64,000 bases of DNA, from assembly GCA_035450685.1 (NCBI GenBank), contig DAOTNF010000004.1:42612-106611 (forward strand), read 5' to 3'. Below are positions 36,513 through 46,274 of the stretch, one piece after another (the stretch's first letter is position 1; every line of letters begins with the position of its first letter). A program made the position numbers and the translations under genes. Source of the stretch: Candidatus Cloacimonadota bacterium. GTDB taxonomy: Bacteria > Cloacimonadota > Cloacimonadia > Cloacimonadales > Cloacimonadaceae. The notes beneath the pieces are model-generated. The model was not told where the DNA came from. It did no database searches and saw only the letters and a program-made list of their open reading frames with translations.

Positions 36513-36542
36513 CAAAAAGAAGAGCCGGAATCACTTCCGGCT
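36513..36542 (-). terminator. candidate terminator downstream of ctp
   Basis: AGCCGGAA-TCAC-TTCCGGCT (36523-36542), followed on the minus strand by CTTCTTTTT. About 180 nt past the ctp stop. Confidence 0.5.
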
Positions 36543-36724
36543 GCTCCTTGTATCACAAAAGCCTTGTCGGCTGTCAGTTCAAGACAATTTTGGAAGGTTT
36601 TCTTCCCGACTTGTTAGATTCGGCGGTCACTTCGGTCTCGTTGCCTTTGACCAGCAGGGGAATCCTGAAAAGATACGTTGATATAAACATCATTTTCCAT
36701 AATGACAAGGCAGCGGTGGCAGGC

Positions 36725-38326
36725 CTATCGCTTCCTGCTCTGTTCCGCCACATGGGCAAACATGGCCTCGAGGGTGTCAAAGCGGTTGAAAAGGTCGATG
36801 GCTGCCTGCAACTGCTTGTCCATGGTGATGGTAACCTTGTAAGCTTCCTGATCGCCGTACGCTTTGCGCAGCAGCTCGCTTTTCAGCATGGTGCGGATAT
36901 AGGTGTCTGCGCTGTCCAGGTCAGCTTGGGTGTATTTGATATCCAGGGATTTGGCATAGCCGAGGAAGCGTTGCATCAGTGAATCGGTGATCTTGATATC
37001 TTTCTCCACGGTATGGTCGTGTTCCACCATGTAGTCCACGGTGAAGTTGAAGAAAGCGTTCTTGCGACGCAGTTCGGCGCCAAACTGGGTCAGCAGATCA
37101 GATTCTGTTTCGATGTCGGGAGTGATGCCTCCGCCGCCGAAGACCTCGCGTTTGTTGACCGTGTAATAGACCTGCTTCTTATTTTTCTCGGCCTCGGCTT
37201 CCTGTTCGCTCTTGCTCACTTCCTCGCCTTTGAGCAGCTTGTCGTTGCTCAGTTTGTGGATGCAGCGTCCGGATTTGATGTAGTAATAGGCGTTGGTGAT
37301 CTTGATGCCATTGCCGTTGGCGAGGGGGAAAAGCTGTTGCACGCTGCCCTTGCCAAAGGTGGGCTTGCCCATCACCAGTCCCTTGTCCCAGTCCTGGATC
37401 GATCCCGCAAAGATTTCGGAGGCACTGGCAGAGGCTTCGTTGACCAGCACCACGATGGGATAGTTGCGGTTCTTGGTCTCAAAGCGGGTGAAGTGCTGAC
37501 GGTTGGCCACAGCGGCACGGCCTTTGGTTTCCACCACCAGTTTGCCTTTGCCGATGAACTCGTTCACTGTGTCCACAGCCTGGTCCAGCAATCCGCCGGG
37601 ATTCCAGCGCAGATCGATGATCAGGCCACGGATGTTTTCCTCTTCCAGCGAATTCAGGGCGGTGCGCAGTTCACGAACGGTGTTCTCGCTGAACTGGCTC
37701 ATGCGGATGTAACCCACGCCGTTGTCCAGTTTGAAGTAGTAGGGAACGCTCTTGATTTTGATGGTCTCGCGGGTGATCTTGAACTCCAGGGGATTGGAAA
37801 CGCCGGGGCGGCTGATCGTTATGATCACAGTAGTGCCCACCTCGCCGCGCATGTGTTTGATCGCTTCATCGGTGCTGAAGCCTACTACATTTATATCGTT
37901 GACGCGAATGATCCTGTCACCGGCAGTGATGCCCATACGGTAAGCCGGAGTGCCTTCGATGGGGGAGATGACCGTGATATAGTCTCCCACCTTGTCGATC
38001 TGGATACCCAGGCCTCCAAAGGAGCCTTTTGTGGAGGTGGTGAATTCTTCGAATTCTGCTTTGGTAAAGTAGGTGGTGTGGGGATCCGTGGAGCCCAGCA
38101 TACCGATGATGGCTGCCTTGATCAGTTCTTCGTCGCTAAGATTGGTAACATAGTTCTGTTTCAACTTGTTCAGGACATCGCTAAACAATCCCAACTGGGA
38201 ATACAGGTCGCTGCCGCCGCTGCTGTTCTGGGCAAATGCCGAGGTGGCTCCAAACAGCATGATGGCAGCAAGGATCCAGACGATGGCTATGGTTATTAAA
38301 GCTGTTTTCTGTTTTTTATCGTTCAC
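36725..38326 (-). CDS. ctp: S41-family carboxy-terminal processing peptidase
   Basis: 533 aa. PDZ 'GITAGDRIIRVNDINV'. S41 motifs 'DLRWNPGGLLDQAV', 'VLVNEASASASEIFAGSIQD', 'GKPTFGKGSVQ'. Confidence 0.9.
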   Translation of the reverse strand: MNDKKQKTALITIAIVWILAAIMLFGATSAFAQNSSGGSDLYSQLGLFSDVLNKLKQNYVTNLSDEELIKAAIIGMLGSTDPHTTYFTKAEFEEFTTSTKGSFGGLGIQIDKVGDYITVISPIEGTPAYRMGITAGDRIIRVNDINVVGFSTDEAIKHMRGEVGTTVIITISRPGVSNPLEFKITRETIKIKSVPYYFKLDNGVGYIRMSQFSENTVRELRTALNSLEEENIRGLIIDLRWNPGGLLDQAVDTVNEFIGKGKLVVETKGRAAVANRQHFTRFETKNRNYPIVVLVNEASASASEIFAGSIQDWDKGLVMGKPTFGKGSVQQLFPLANGNGIKITNAYYYIKSGRCIHKLSNDKLLKGEEVSKSEQEAEAEKNKKQVYYTVNKREVFGGGGITPDIETESDLLTQFGAELRRKNAFFNFTVDYMVEHDHTVEKDIKITDSLMQRFLGYAKSLDIKYTQADLDSADTYIRTMLKSELLRKAYGDQEAYKVTITMDKQLQAAIDLFNRFDTLEAMFAHVAEQSRKR

Positions 38327-38948
38327 TTGAGACTCCTGTGTGCGTTAAAACTTGGTTGATGATCAGTTTGTGCAGCTCCTGGGGGGGCAAGGTGGCATCC
38401 AGCACCACAAAACGCCCCGGCTGTTCTTTGGCAAGCAAAAGATATTGCTGGCGCACCCTCTCGTGAAAGGAACGGTCTTCCTGCTCCAGTCGATCCAACT
38501 GGCGGTGCCCGATGCGCGCGAAGCCCTCCTCCACAGGGAGGTCAAGCAAAAAAGTGATGTCTGGTACTGTGTTGAAGGTGGAAAATCTGGTCAGCACCGC
38601 GATGAAATCCAGGTTTTGCTCGCGGGCAGCACCCTGATAGGCGATGGTGGAATCGTAATAGCGGTCGCAAAGCACGATCTTGCCCTGGCGCAGAGCAGGC
38701 AGTATCCATTGGCCGGTATGCTGGGCACGGCTGGCGCTGTAGAGCAGCAGCTCCGTTTCGCGCAGCATTTCTTTGTTGCCGGGATCCAGCAGCAGGGCGC
38801 GGATGCTTTCCGCGATGGGGGGGCCTCCGGGTTCACGGGTCAGCAGAGAGGGTTTGCCAAGCTCTTCCAGCTTTTCCGCCAGCATCTTCATCTGGGTGCT
38901 TTTGCCGCTGCCCTCGATTCCTTCAAATGTGATAAATAGACCTTTCAT
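38316..38948 (-). CDS. tmk: dTMP (thymidylate) kinase
   Basis: 'ITFEGIEGSGKSTQ' P-loop, 'DRYYDSTIAYQG'. 210 aa. Confidence 0.92.
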   Translation of the reverse strand: MKGLFITFEGIEGSGKSTQMKMLAEKLEELGKPSLLTREPGGPPIAESIRALLLDPGNKEMLRETELLLYSASRAQHTGQWILPALRQGKIVLCDRYYDSTIAYQGAAREQNLDFIAVLTRFSTFNTVPDITFLLDLPVEEGFARIGHRQLDRLEQEDRSFHERVRQQYLLLAKEQPGRFVVLDATLPPQELHKLIINQVLTHTGVSSER

Positions 38949-38963
38949 GGTAAGCTGGCCATC

Positions 38964-40562
38964 CTATATTATCGTATCTATCAGATACAGGTTGTCGTTT
39001 CTTTCGGGATTGTCGATCAGAAAATGCGCGCCGCGGCTCTCCTTGCGCATCAGTGCGCTGCGGATCACGGCGATGGCGATGATGGCCATATTGCGCGTTT
39101 CCACCACTTCCTTGCGCACTGCGTTGTGTTGATAAAAGTTATTTACTTCGTTGTAGATGTTCTCGATGCGGGACAGGGCGTATTTGAGCAGACGGCGGGA
39201 ACGGCGGATGCCGACATAGCCGTCCATGATGGTGCCAATGATCTCCCGGTTGTGGGAGATCACTACCCATTCGTTTTCGTTGAACTCATCCATCTGTTTC
39301 CAGACCGGAATCTTGGGGAAATCCACCTCTTCGGTGTTTGAGGGATGGTTGCCGGCGCGGTAGGCTATCACCAGGGCTTCCAAAAGGGAGTTGGAAGCGA
39401 GGCGGTTTGCCCCGTGCAGGCCACTGCAGGCTACTTCTCCGGCGGCAAAGAGGTTGTGGATGTCGGTGATGCCGTCGATGGTTGAGAGTACCCCTCCGCA
39501 GAAATAGTGTGCCGCTGGAGCCACCGGGATCGGATCCCTGGTGAAGTCTATGCCGTGCTCCGCAAGGCGTTTGCCAATGTAGGGAAAGTGAGTGCGCAAG
39601 ACATTGGCGGGGATGTTGGTGGCATCCAGATAGCAGAATTTTTCGCCGCGCTTTTTAAGCTCGGCGTCGATGGCACGGGAGACGATGTCGCGGGGGGCAA
39701 GGTTGCCCCGGGGGTGATAGTTTTCCATGAAGGTGCTGCCATCGCTGAGCCTGAGCACCGCTCCCTCACCCCGCACTGCCTCGCTGATGAGGAAGGTTTT
39801 GCCTTCGGGGCTCCAGAATGCGGTGGGGTGAAACTGCACAAACTCCATATTGGCCAGACGCGCGCCTGCCAGCCTGGCCATGGCCATCCCGTCACCGGTT
39901 GCGACATCCGGATTGGTGTTGTGCGCGTAGATGCGTGAAGCCCCGCCAGTGGCAAGCATGGTTTTGCGAGCGCGGAAGATATGCACTTCATTGGTCTGGA
40001 TATCCATCACATAGGCTCCCCAGCAGGAAATGCCGGGAATGAAACCGTCATCCTGGACTATATGGTGTTGGGTGATCAGATCTATGGCGATACTGTTTTC
40101 AAAGATATCGATGTTGCTGTTTTTGCGGCAGCTTTCGGTGAGCGCTTCCATGATCTGATGCCCGGTGGAATCTGCCGCGTAAGCGACGCGACGGTGCCTG
40201 TGGCCGCCCTCCATGGTCAGAGAGAGGTTTTCCAGGCGGTTGTCATAGTGTTCGTTTTCCAGGGTAAAATCTGTTCCCAGATCGATAAGGTATTGAATCA
40301 GCCTGGGGCCTTCGGCAATGATCTGGCTGATCACCTGCCGCTTGCCCAATTCCGCGCCGGCGATAAAAGTATCCTCACAATGGCCGGAAAACGTATCCGC
40401 TTCGTCCAGAACTGCCGCTATACCACCCTGGGCATAGTCTGTGTTGCAGTTGAACAAGCCTCGTTTGGTCACAATTGCCACTTTGCCCAGGCGTGAAACC
40501 TGCAGCGCATAGACCAAACCCCCAATTCCGCTTCCGATCACCAGAAAATCGTAGTCTCTCAA
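38964..40562 (-). CDS. nadB: L-aspartate oxidase
   Basis: 'DFLVIGSGIGGL' FAD fold, 'HRRVAYAADSTGH', 'FVQFHPT', 'ACSGLHGANRLASNSLLE'. 532 aa. Confidence 0.92.
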   Translation of the reverse strand: MRDYDFLVIGSGIGGLVYALQVSRLGKVAIVTKRGLFNCNTDYAQGGIAAVLDEADTFSGHCEDTFIAGAELGKRQVISQIIAEGPRLIQYLIDLGTDFTLENEHYDNRLENLSLTMEGGHRHRRVAYAADSTGHQIMEALTESCRKNSNIDIFENSIAIDLITQHHIVQDDGFIPGISCWGAYVMDIQTNEVHIFRARKTMLATGGASRIYAHNTNPDVATGDGMAMARLAGARLANMEFVQFHPTAFWSPEGKTFLISEAVRGEGAVLRLSDGSTFMENYHPRGNLAPRDIVSRAIDAELKKRGEKFCYLDATNIPANVLRTHFPYIGKRLAEHGIDFTRDPIPVAPAAHYFCGGVLSTIDGITDIHNLFAAGEVACSGLHGANRLASNSLLEALVIAYRAGNHPSNTEEVDFPKIPVWKQMDEFNENEWVVISHNREIIGTIMDGYVGIRRSRRLLKYALSRIENIYNEVNNFYQHNAVRKEVVETRNMAIIAIAVIRSALMRKESRGAHFLIDNPERNDNLYLIDTII

Positions 40563-40563
40563 A

Positions 40564-41001
40564 TCAATTTCCTTTTACAATCATTGCCATTACATAGGCG
40601 TCTTCATCAGGTAAGGTGTAATATCCTTTGCGCAACCCGACGCGCTGGAAACCAAACCCTTCATACAGGGCCAGCGCAGCCAGGTTGGACACCCGAACAT
40701 CCAGGTAAAAATGGGTGAACCCTTTGTCGGTTAGCTGGCGGAGCGTCTTTTCCAGCAGCTCCTTGCCATAACCCTTACGATGATAAGCGGGATCGATCGC
40801 CAGATTGATGATCACGCTTTCGTCGATCACATTGTGATACATAATATAACCCACCAGGGTGGCATCTTCACAGATCACCCAGGATTCCCCAAAGTCTGAG
40901 CTGCTAAAGGCATCTTCCGGCCAGGGGCTGCTGAACACCTGCTTTTCGATCTGCAACACGGCGGGCAGGTCGTCCTGACGCATGGGGCGGGTTACTCTCA
41001 A
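40564..41001 (-). CDS. rimI: GNAT N-acetyltransferase, RimI-like
   Basis: 145 aa. 'NLAIDPAYHRKGYGKELL' acetyl-CoA binding motif, 'LDVRVSNLAALALYEGFGF'. Confidence 0.75.
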   Translation of the reverse strand: MRVTRPMRQDDLPAVLQIEKQVFSSPWPEDAFSSSDFGESWVICEDATLVGYIMYHNVIDESVIINLAIDPAYHRKGYGKELLEKTLRQLTDKGFTHFYLDVRVSNLAALALYEGFGFQRVGLRKGYYTLPDEDAYVMAMIVKGN

Positions 41002-41013
41002 TTGGAATTCCTG

Positions 41014-42666
41014 TTACATCTTTTCCGGCGCACTGATGCCCATCAGGTCCAGACAGATGGCCAGCACGTTTCTCACCGTATCTATCAACAGCAGGCGCGC
41101 CTGCGAAAGTTCCTTGTCCTTGCCTCCCACCACTTGGTGTTTGTTGTAGAAGCGGTGGAAAAGGCCGCAAAGCTCCTCTGTGTAGGTGGCAAGGCGGTGA
41201 GGTTCGCGAAATTCCGCTATCAGCTCCAGCAGTTCAGGTAAATCGGTGAGTTTCTGGATCAGAGCGAGTTCCTCAGCTTTGACCAGTTTTTCGCAGAGCT
41301 CCTTTTTGAAGGTTCTGGGCAGGACCTTGTCTTTTTTGGCTTTCTTGATAATACTGCAGATGCGGGCGTGGGCGTACTGGCAGTAATAGACCGGATTTTC
41401 GTTGTTTTGTTGCAGAGCGAGTTCCAGATCGAAGTTCAGATGAGCGTTGGCCTTGCGCGCAATAAAGAAATAACGTGCCGCGTCTTTTCCCACCACGCCC
41501 ACAAGATCGTCCATGGTGACAATCTTGCCGGCTCTTTTGCTCATTTTGACCTTTTCTCCGCTCTCAAACAGGTTTACCTGTTGCAGGAAGATGATTTCCA
41601 GCATGTTCTCATCGTATTTGAGGGCCTGGAAAGCAGCTTTCAGCCTGGGCACATAGCCATGATGGTCGGGGCCAAAAATGTCTATCAGTTTGGTGAATCC
41701 TCTTTGGATTTTGGTCAGGTGGTAAGCCAGATCGGGAACGAAGTAGGTGATCGAGCCATCACTTTTCATCAGCACGCGGTCTTTATCGTCACCAAATTTG
41801 GTGGAGCTGAACCAGATGGCGTCTTCCTTTTCATATGTGCAATCGGCCTCGGTAAGGTAGCTGAGAACCTCTTCTACCATGCCTTCCATGCGCAGGGTTT
41901 TCTCGGAGACCCAGCTTTCAAAAGTAACCCCAAATCTTTCCAGAGATTGCCTTTGCATCTCAAGCATCTCGTTGAGAGCAAATTCCTTAAGGTGTTCGGA
42001 GCGCTCTTTTTCGGGCATCATAAACACCCGCACTCCCTCGGTGGCGTTGAGTCTGTGAGCCAGATGCTTCACATACTCGCCATGATAGGCATCATAGGGG
42101 AATTCGCCGATGTTTTCGCCGTGTATCTCGCGCAGTCTGAGCTCCAGGCTTTCCGCCAGGATATCGACCTGATTGCCCGCGTCGTTGATATAGAACTCAC
42201 GTGAGGGTTGGTAGCCAACTTTCTTCATGACGCGATAAAGCGTATCGCCAAAAGCGGCTGCCCTGGCACTGACTATATTCAATGGCCCAGTTGGATTCGC
42301 GCTGACAAACTCCAGCAGAACTTTCTCTTCCTGGCCGAACTCTGAGTCTCCAAAACTCGGCCCTGCCTTGTGGATTTCCCACAGCATGTCGTGATACAGC
42401 GCTTTGGAGAGATGGAAATTCAAGAATCCGGGGCCAGCCAGTTCCACCTTCTTGTAAAACTTGTTCTTCTTCAATTCCTTGATCAGCTTTTCAGCCAGCA
42501 CTTTGGGGGCTGTCTTGTTCTCTTTGGCAAGGATCATGGCCACATTGGTAGAATAATCCCCATGGTCGGCCAGATTAGGTATTTCAACCGTGAACTCGCG
42601 CTGCTGGCTGAGGTTCAGGTCTTGCAATATCTTGCAGATGTTGTCATGGATTAGGTGTTTGATCAT
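41014..42666 (-). CDS. argS: arginine--tRNA ligase
   Basis: 'SANPTGPLNIVSARAA' (HIGH-region variant), 'KMSKRAGK' (KMSKS), DALR anticodon-binding C-terminus. Start placed at MIKHLIHD (42666); the listed ORF start is 42705. Confidence 0.93.
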   Translation of the reverse strand: MIKHLIHDNICKILQDLNLSQQREFTVEIPNLADHGDYSTNVAMILAKENKTAPKVLAEKLIKELKKNKFYKKVELAGPGFLNFHLSKALYHDMLWEIHKAGPSFGDSEFGQEEKVLLEFVSANPTGPLNIVSARAAAFGDTLYRVMKKVGYQPSREFYINDAGNQVDILAESLELRLREIHGENIGEFPYDAYHGEYVKHLAHRLNATEGVRVFMMPEKERSEHLKEFALNEMLEMQRQSLERFGVTFESWVSEKTLRMEGMVEEVLSYLTEADCTYEKEDAIWFSSTKFGDDKDRVLMKSDGSITYFVPDLAYHLTKIQRGFTKLIDIFGPDHHGYVPRLKAAFQALKYDENMLEIIFLQQVNLFESGEKVKMSKRAGKIVTMDDLVGVVGKDAARYFFIARKANAHLNFDLELALQQNNENPVYYCQYAHARICSIIKKAKKDKVLPRTFKKELCEKLVKAEELALIQKLTDLPELLELIAEFREPHRLATYTEELCGLFHRFYNKHQVVGGKDKELSQARLLLIDTVRNVLAICLDLMGISAPEKM

Positions 42667-43027
42667 GCGGAAGCCCTTCCTTGTTATGGCTTGAAAGCTG
42701 TTCAAATAACTGGTCTATCTTGTAGAAATTACGTTTTTCAGGCAGGAATATATGCAGGATCACATCTCCCAGATCGACCAGTATCCACTGCCCAAACTCC
42801 AGCCCGGCTTTGCCGAGTACGCTCAGTTTGTGTTCCTTGGCCATATCCAGCACATGGTTTGCGATAGCTTTGTTATGCAGATCGGCGTTACCTTCGCAGA
42901 CAACGATTGCATCTGCATAGTCGATGATGCTTTCCACATCGTACACGCGGATGTTTTCCGCTTTCTTGTCGTTCAGCCATTCCAGAATGGCTTCGAGCTT
43001 GATATTGTCAGACAATATCTCCTCCAC
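42644..43027 (-). CDS. rsfS: ribosome silencing factor RsfS
   Basis: 127 aa. 'DYADAIVVCEGNADLHNKAIANHV...WILVDLGDVILHIFLPEKRNFYKIDQLF' is typical of RsfS/Iojap. Confidence 0.85.
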   Translation of the reverse strand: MEEILSDNIKLEAILEWLNDKKAENIRVYDVESIIDYADAIVVCEGNADLHNKAIANHVLDMAKEHKLSVLGKAGLEFGQWILVDLGDVILHIFLPEKRNFYKIDQLFEQLSSHNKEGLPHDQTPNP

Positions 43028-43064
43028 TTACTTCAATCTCATACATATACACTTGTAGCTGTCG

Positions 43065-43544
43065 CTAATCCTTCATATAATCTTTAAAGTCCTCACCCAG
43101 GATGATTGTGAACTGGACATCCGACTCGGGATTACGTGCCAGCGTATAACGCTGGATACCAGTCATCCTTTGCAGGCGCCGCAGGTCTTGCTCATCTCCG
43201 TTGTTGAGAACCAGCACCGATTTATTGTAAATTGGGTAGGGGGTGCTGCTTACCCTAAGCACGTCGATATTCTTGTCCTTGATATACACGCTGTAATCTG
43301 CTGCCAGCTTTTCGATGCCACAACCATTGCTTACTTCCACCCGAATAGCCGGCAAGTTTTCCTCGTTATCTTGATTACGCTCGAGCAAGCCAAACATTCT
43401 GGTAAAATATGCCAGCAAAGCCAAGGCTATCAACAAGACCAGGATCAGCAGATAGCGCCAGGGACGCTTAGGGGTCAAATCTTCAGATACACCGTTTATT
43501 GTCAAATTCAATGTATTATTCCTTGCCATCCAACAAGTTGGCAA
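43065..43544 (-). CDS. LytR_C-domain membrane-anchored protein
   Basis: 159 aa. TM 'YLLILVLLIALALLAYF', then 'IRVEVSNGCGIEKLAADY...VLVLNNGD' LytR C-terminal-like fold. Low-information call. Confidence 0.5.
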   Translation of the reverse strand: MPTCWMARNNTLNLTINGVSEDLTPKRPWRYLLILVLLIALALLAYFTRMFGLLERNQDNEENLPAIRVEVSNGCGIEKLAADYSVYIKDKNIDVLRVSSTPYPIYNKSVLVLNNGDEQDLRRLQRMTGIQRYTLARNPESDVQFTIILGEDFKDYMKD

Positions 43545-44019
43545 ACGCGTCCCGCAGAGAGGAAAAGCTTGTCTCGAAAGCTTCGGGTATCACCCTTTGG
43601 CCGCCGATCACAGTCATAAAGTTGCAATCTCCGCTCCAGCGGGGAACCATGTGCAGGTGCAGATGTTCGTCGATCCCGGCCCCGGCTGCTTTGCCCAAGT
43701 TCATCCCAAGATTTACTCCTTCGCAGGCATAGACAGACTTGAGGGCTATCTCTGCTTGCTGTGCCAGATGGCCCAATTCTGCCAGCTCTTCCGGTTTTAG
43801 CCCGGAAAGCGAAGCGCAATGCCTGTAGGGAACCAGCATGATATGCCCGTTGTTGTAGGGATAACGGTTGAGCATGGCATAACAAAACCTACCCCGGTAA
43901 AAGATCAAGTTTTCGGCATCCGCCTCAGTATCCTGCCAGCGGCAAAGGATGCAATCTCCAGGCTTGGGCGAACGGATATATTCTGAACGCCAGGGAGAAT
44001 ACAAGTATTCCTTATTCAT
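43516..44019 (-). CDS. HIT-family nucleotide hydrolase/transferase
   Basis: 167 aa. Histidine triad 'DEHLHLHMVPRW'. N-terminal 'C.LC' zinc-like motif. Confidence 0.85.
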   Translation of the reverse strand: MNKEYLYSPWRSEYIRSPKPGDCILCRWQDTEADAENLIFYRGRFCYAMLNRYPYNNGHIMLVPYRHCASLSGLKPEELAELGHLAQQAEIALKSVYACEGVNLGMNLGKAAGAGIDEHLHLHMVPRWSGDCNFMTVIGGQRVIPEAFETSFSSLRDAFANLLDGKE

Positions 44020-45037
44020 AGGGGTCTTCTATGAATTGCTCGCGCAGACCCAGGATATGTCCTTCCGGAACGTGCGCGTGCACCAGGATGTTGTGTCCTT
44101 CCAGGATGCAGTCTTCGCTGATATAGCTGTCGGAAATGAGGCTGTTCGGTCCGATCGAGCATCCCGTCCGCACTGTTGTCTTTCCTTTCAGGATGCAGTT
44201 TTGGAAGATTTCCACATCCGGCTCGATGGCAACTTCATCATCGATATACACGGTATTGGGATTGTGGATCACCACCCCGTTGTTCATCCATTTGCGGCGA
44301 ATTCTGTCTACAAAGAGGTCTTCCAGTTCCGCGAGCTGTTCCTGAGAGTTGACGCCGGCCACCTCCATCAGATCCTCCAGCACCACAAAGGAGACGGTCT
44401 TGCCCGCTGAATGCAATATGGAAACTACGTCCGTTAGATAGTATTCATGCTGATTATTGGCGTTGGATATCTGTTTCAGGGACGCAAAGAGGTCTTCAGA
44501 TTTGAAGCAATAGATTCCCGTGTTCCATTCTTTGATGGCGCGTTGTGTTTCGGAAGCGTCTTTGTATTCCACAATACCCATCACCTGTCCCTTGTCATCC
44601 CGCAAGATGCGCCCATACTTGCCGGGATCGTCAAGGAAAGCGGTGAGGACGGTGCAGGAAGCCTGGCTGCGCAGATGCTCCTGATACAGGCGGGACATAG
44701 TTTCGCGGCCAAGCAGGGGAACGTCGCCGCACAAAATCAAAACATCATGTCCATGATCATGGAATATCGGTTCTGCCATCATTACCGCATGGCCGGTGCC
44801 CAATTGTTCGGTCTGTTCGACAAACTCCAACCTTTCATCTTCCGCGAGGCAGGCTATCACGCTTTCTTTCTGGAAACCCACCACGATGCATACACGCAGG
44901 CATTCAGAGTCCAGCGCCAGATCCACGACCCTTTGGATCATGGGTTTTCCGGCGATGGGAAAAGTTACCTTGGCCCGGGTCGATTTCATCCGGGTGCCTT
45001 TACCTGCAGCAAGGATCACAGCTGCGAGGTTATTCAT
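44012..45037 (-). CDS. GlmU-like sugar-1-phosphate nucleotidyltransferase with short left-handed beta-helix tail
   Basis: 341 aa. 'AVILAAGKGTRMKS...KVTFPIAGKPMIQRVVD' (GlmU uridyltransferase signature). About 100 aa of hexapeptide repeats. Ends about 110 aa before a full-length GlmU would. Confidence 0.75.
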   Translation of the reverse strand: MNNLAAVILAAGKGTRMKSTRAKVTFPIAGKPMIQRVVDLALDSECLRVCIVVGFQKESVIACLAEDERLEFVEQTEQLGTGHAVMMAEPIFHDHGHDVLILCGDVPLLGRETMSRLYQEHLRSQASCTVLTAFLDDPGKYGRILRDDKGQVMGIVEYKDASETQRAIKEWNTGIYCFKSEDLFASLKQISNANNQHEYYLTDVVSILHSAGKTVSFVVLEDLMEVAGVNSQEQLAELEDLFVDRIRRKWMNNGVVIHNPNTVYIDDEVAIEPDVEIFQNCILKGKTTVRTGCSIGPNSLISDSYISEDCILEGHNILVHAHVPEGHILGLREQFIEDPYE

Positions 45038-45507
45038 TACATATCTCCTTGTGATTCTATTTCTTGTATTAATGTCTCAATGTTTTTGCGCAGCACAGGA
45101 TGCTCCAGATTGGGAGCCAGCTCAGCCATAAGCCTGAGCGCGAAAAGCCTGCGATGCATTTCGGGGTGCGGCACGGTCAGCTTGTCGGTGTTGATGACCA
45201 GATTGCCATACAACAGGATATCGATGTCGATCAGGCGTGGCCCCCATTTCTCCTTGCGTACCCTGCCCAGTTTTTGCTCTATCTCCAGTGCTGCTTCCAG
45301 AAGCTCCAGGGGCGGGAGGGTGGTTTCGATCTCCAAGACCTTATTGTGGAAATCCGGCTGGTCTGTCTTGCCCCAGGGTCTGGTTTTGGCGAGGCTTGAA
45401 GCTCTCTGGATCCTGATTCCCGGTTGAGCGGCCAGTTCCAGACAGGCTTTATGTATCTGTTCCCGGGGCTGTTCAAGATTTGCGCCGAGGCATAGGTAGG
45501 CGTTCAT
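45037..45507 (-). CDS. folK: 2-amino-4-hydroxy-6-hydroxymethyldihydropteridine diphosphokinase
   Basis: Start at MNAYLCLGANL (ATGA overlap with the folB stop). 'TRPWGKTDQPDFHN', 'WGPRLIDIDILLY'. Confidence 0.85.
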   Translation of the reverse strand: MNAYLCLGANLEQPREQIHKACLELAAQPGIRIQRASSLAKTRPWGKTDQPDFHNKVLEIETTLPPLELLEAALEIEQKLGRVRKEKWGPRLIDIDILLYGNLVINTDKLTVPHPEMHRRLFALRLMAELAPNLEHPVLRKNIETLIQEIESQGDM

Positions 45508-45863
45508 GAGCGGGTTCTGGAAAGCTCCACCTCCACCGATCTCAGGCTGCCCGGGATGGGTACAGAGGGTTTCTGGATGCACAGCGTCACTTGCTGGATC
45601 AGCGGAAAGTCAGCCAGCAGTTTGGTGGCCAGTGTGTTGGCGCAATCTTCAAGCAGCAGAAACTGGTGAGTTTCCATCACTGTTTTGATTTCCTGGTAAA
45701 CTTTAGTATAATCTATGGTATCTTCCAGGCGTCTGATACGGTCGTCAATCCGGGGATCTGTAAAGAGTTGTGCTGTCACTATAAAGCGCTGTCCCAGTTT
45801 CCGTTCTTCATCGTGAAGTCCGTGAAAACCATAAAAAACCATCTCATTCAACCTGATGATCAT
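45504..45863 (-). CDS. folB: dihydroneopterin aldolase
   Basis: 119 aa. 'FYGFHGLHDEERKLGQRF', 'DYTKVYQ', 'LLEDCA'. Confidence 0.85.
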   Translation of the reverse strand: MIIRLNEMVFYGFHGLHDEERKLGQRFIVTAQLFTDPRIDDRIRRLEDTIDYTKVYQEIKTVMETHQFLLLEDCANTLATKLLADFPLIQQVTLCIQKPSVPIPGSLRSVEVELSRTRS

Positions 45864-46270
45864 AATTTCCTTCCTATGCTTACCTGCATTTTACCGCCAA
45901 TCTTTCTATCAAACAACCTGACAATATAAAAACTAAGCGCCATGGCTCCGAAAGCAATAAGGATAGATGGCAGTTCTGACAGACTGCGGGAAGCCAGCCA
46001 ATAACCAAAAAAAAGAAAGGTCAGAGGCAGCAGAAACACCAATATGGCAGATAATACCCGGTTGCCGGGAGCAATATTCAATTGCACCAGATCGCCTTCC
46101 TGTAGCCGTAGATCGGTGATTATCTCAAACACCGCGGGAGTGCTTTTGGCAAAACACATACCTTGCATGGAGCAGCTCTTGCAGCCTCCGCCCCGCGTAA
46201 CTTCCACTTTTACCCGGCTTCCTCGCACCTCAATCACGGTGCCCACGTCTTCCGGCAGTTCTTCTTTCAT
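45860..46270 (-). CDS. RseC/MucC (SoxR-reducing system) family protein
   Basis: 136 aa. 'GTVIEVRGSRVKVEVTRGGGCKSCSMQGMC', followed by two TM helices. Confidence 0.7.
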   Translation of the reverse strand: MKEELPEDVGTVIEVRGSRVKVEVTRGGGCKSCSMQGMCFAKSTPAVFEIITDLRLQEGDLVQLNIAPGNRVLSAILVFLLPLTFLFFGYWLASRSLSELPSILIAFGAMALSFYIVRLFDRKIGGKMQVSIGRKL

Positions 46271-46274
46271 CCCT

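Noticed and set aside
44012-45037. The GlmU-like gene as a truncated pseudogene.
   Set aside because: The frame is intact, the stop is clean and overlaps the next gene's start, and no downstream remnant of the missing part exists. It is more likely a naturally short homolog.
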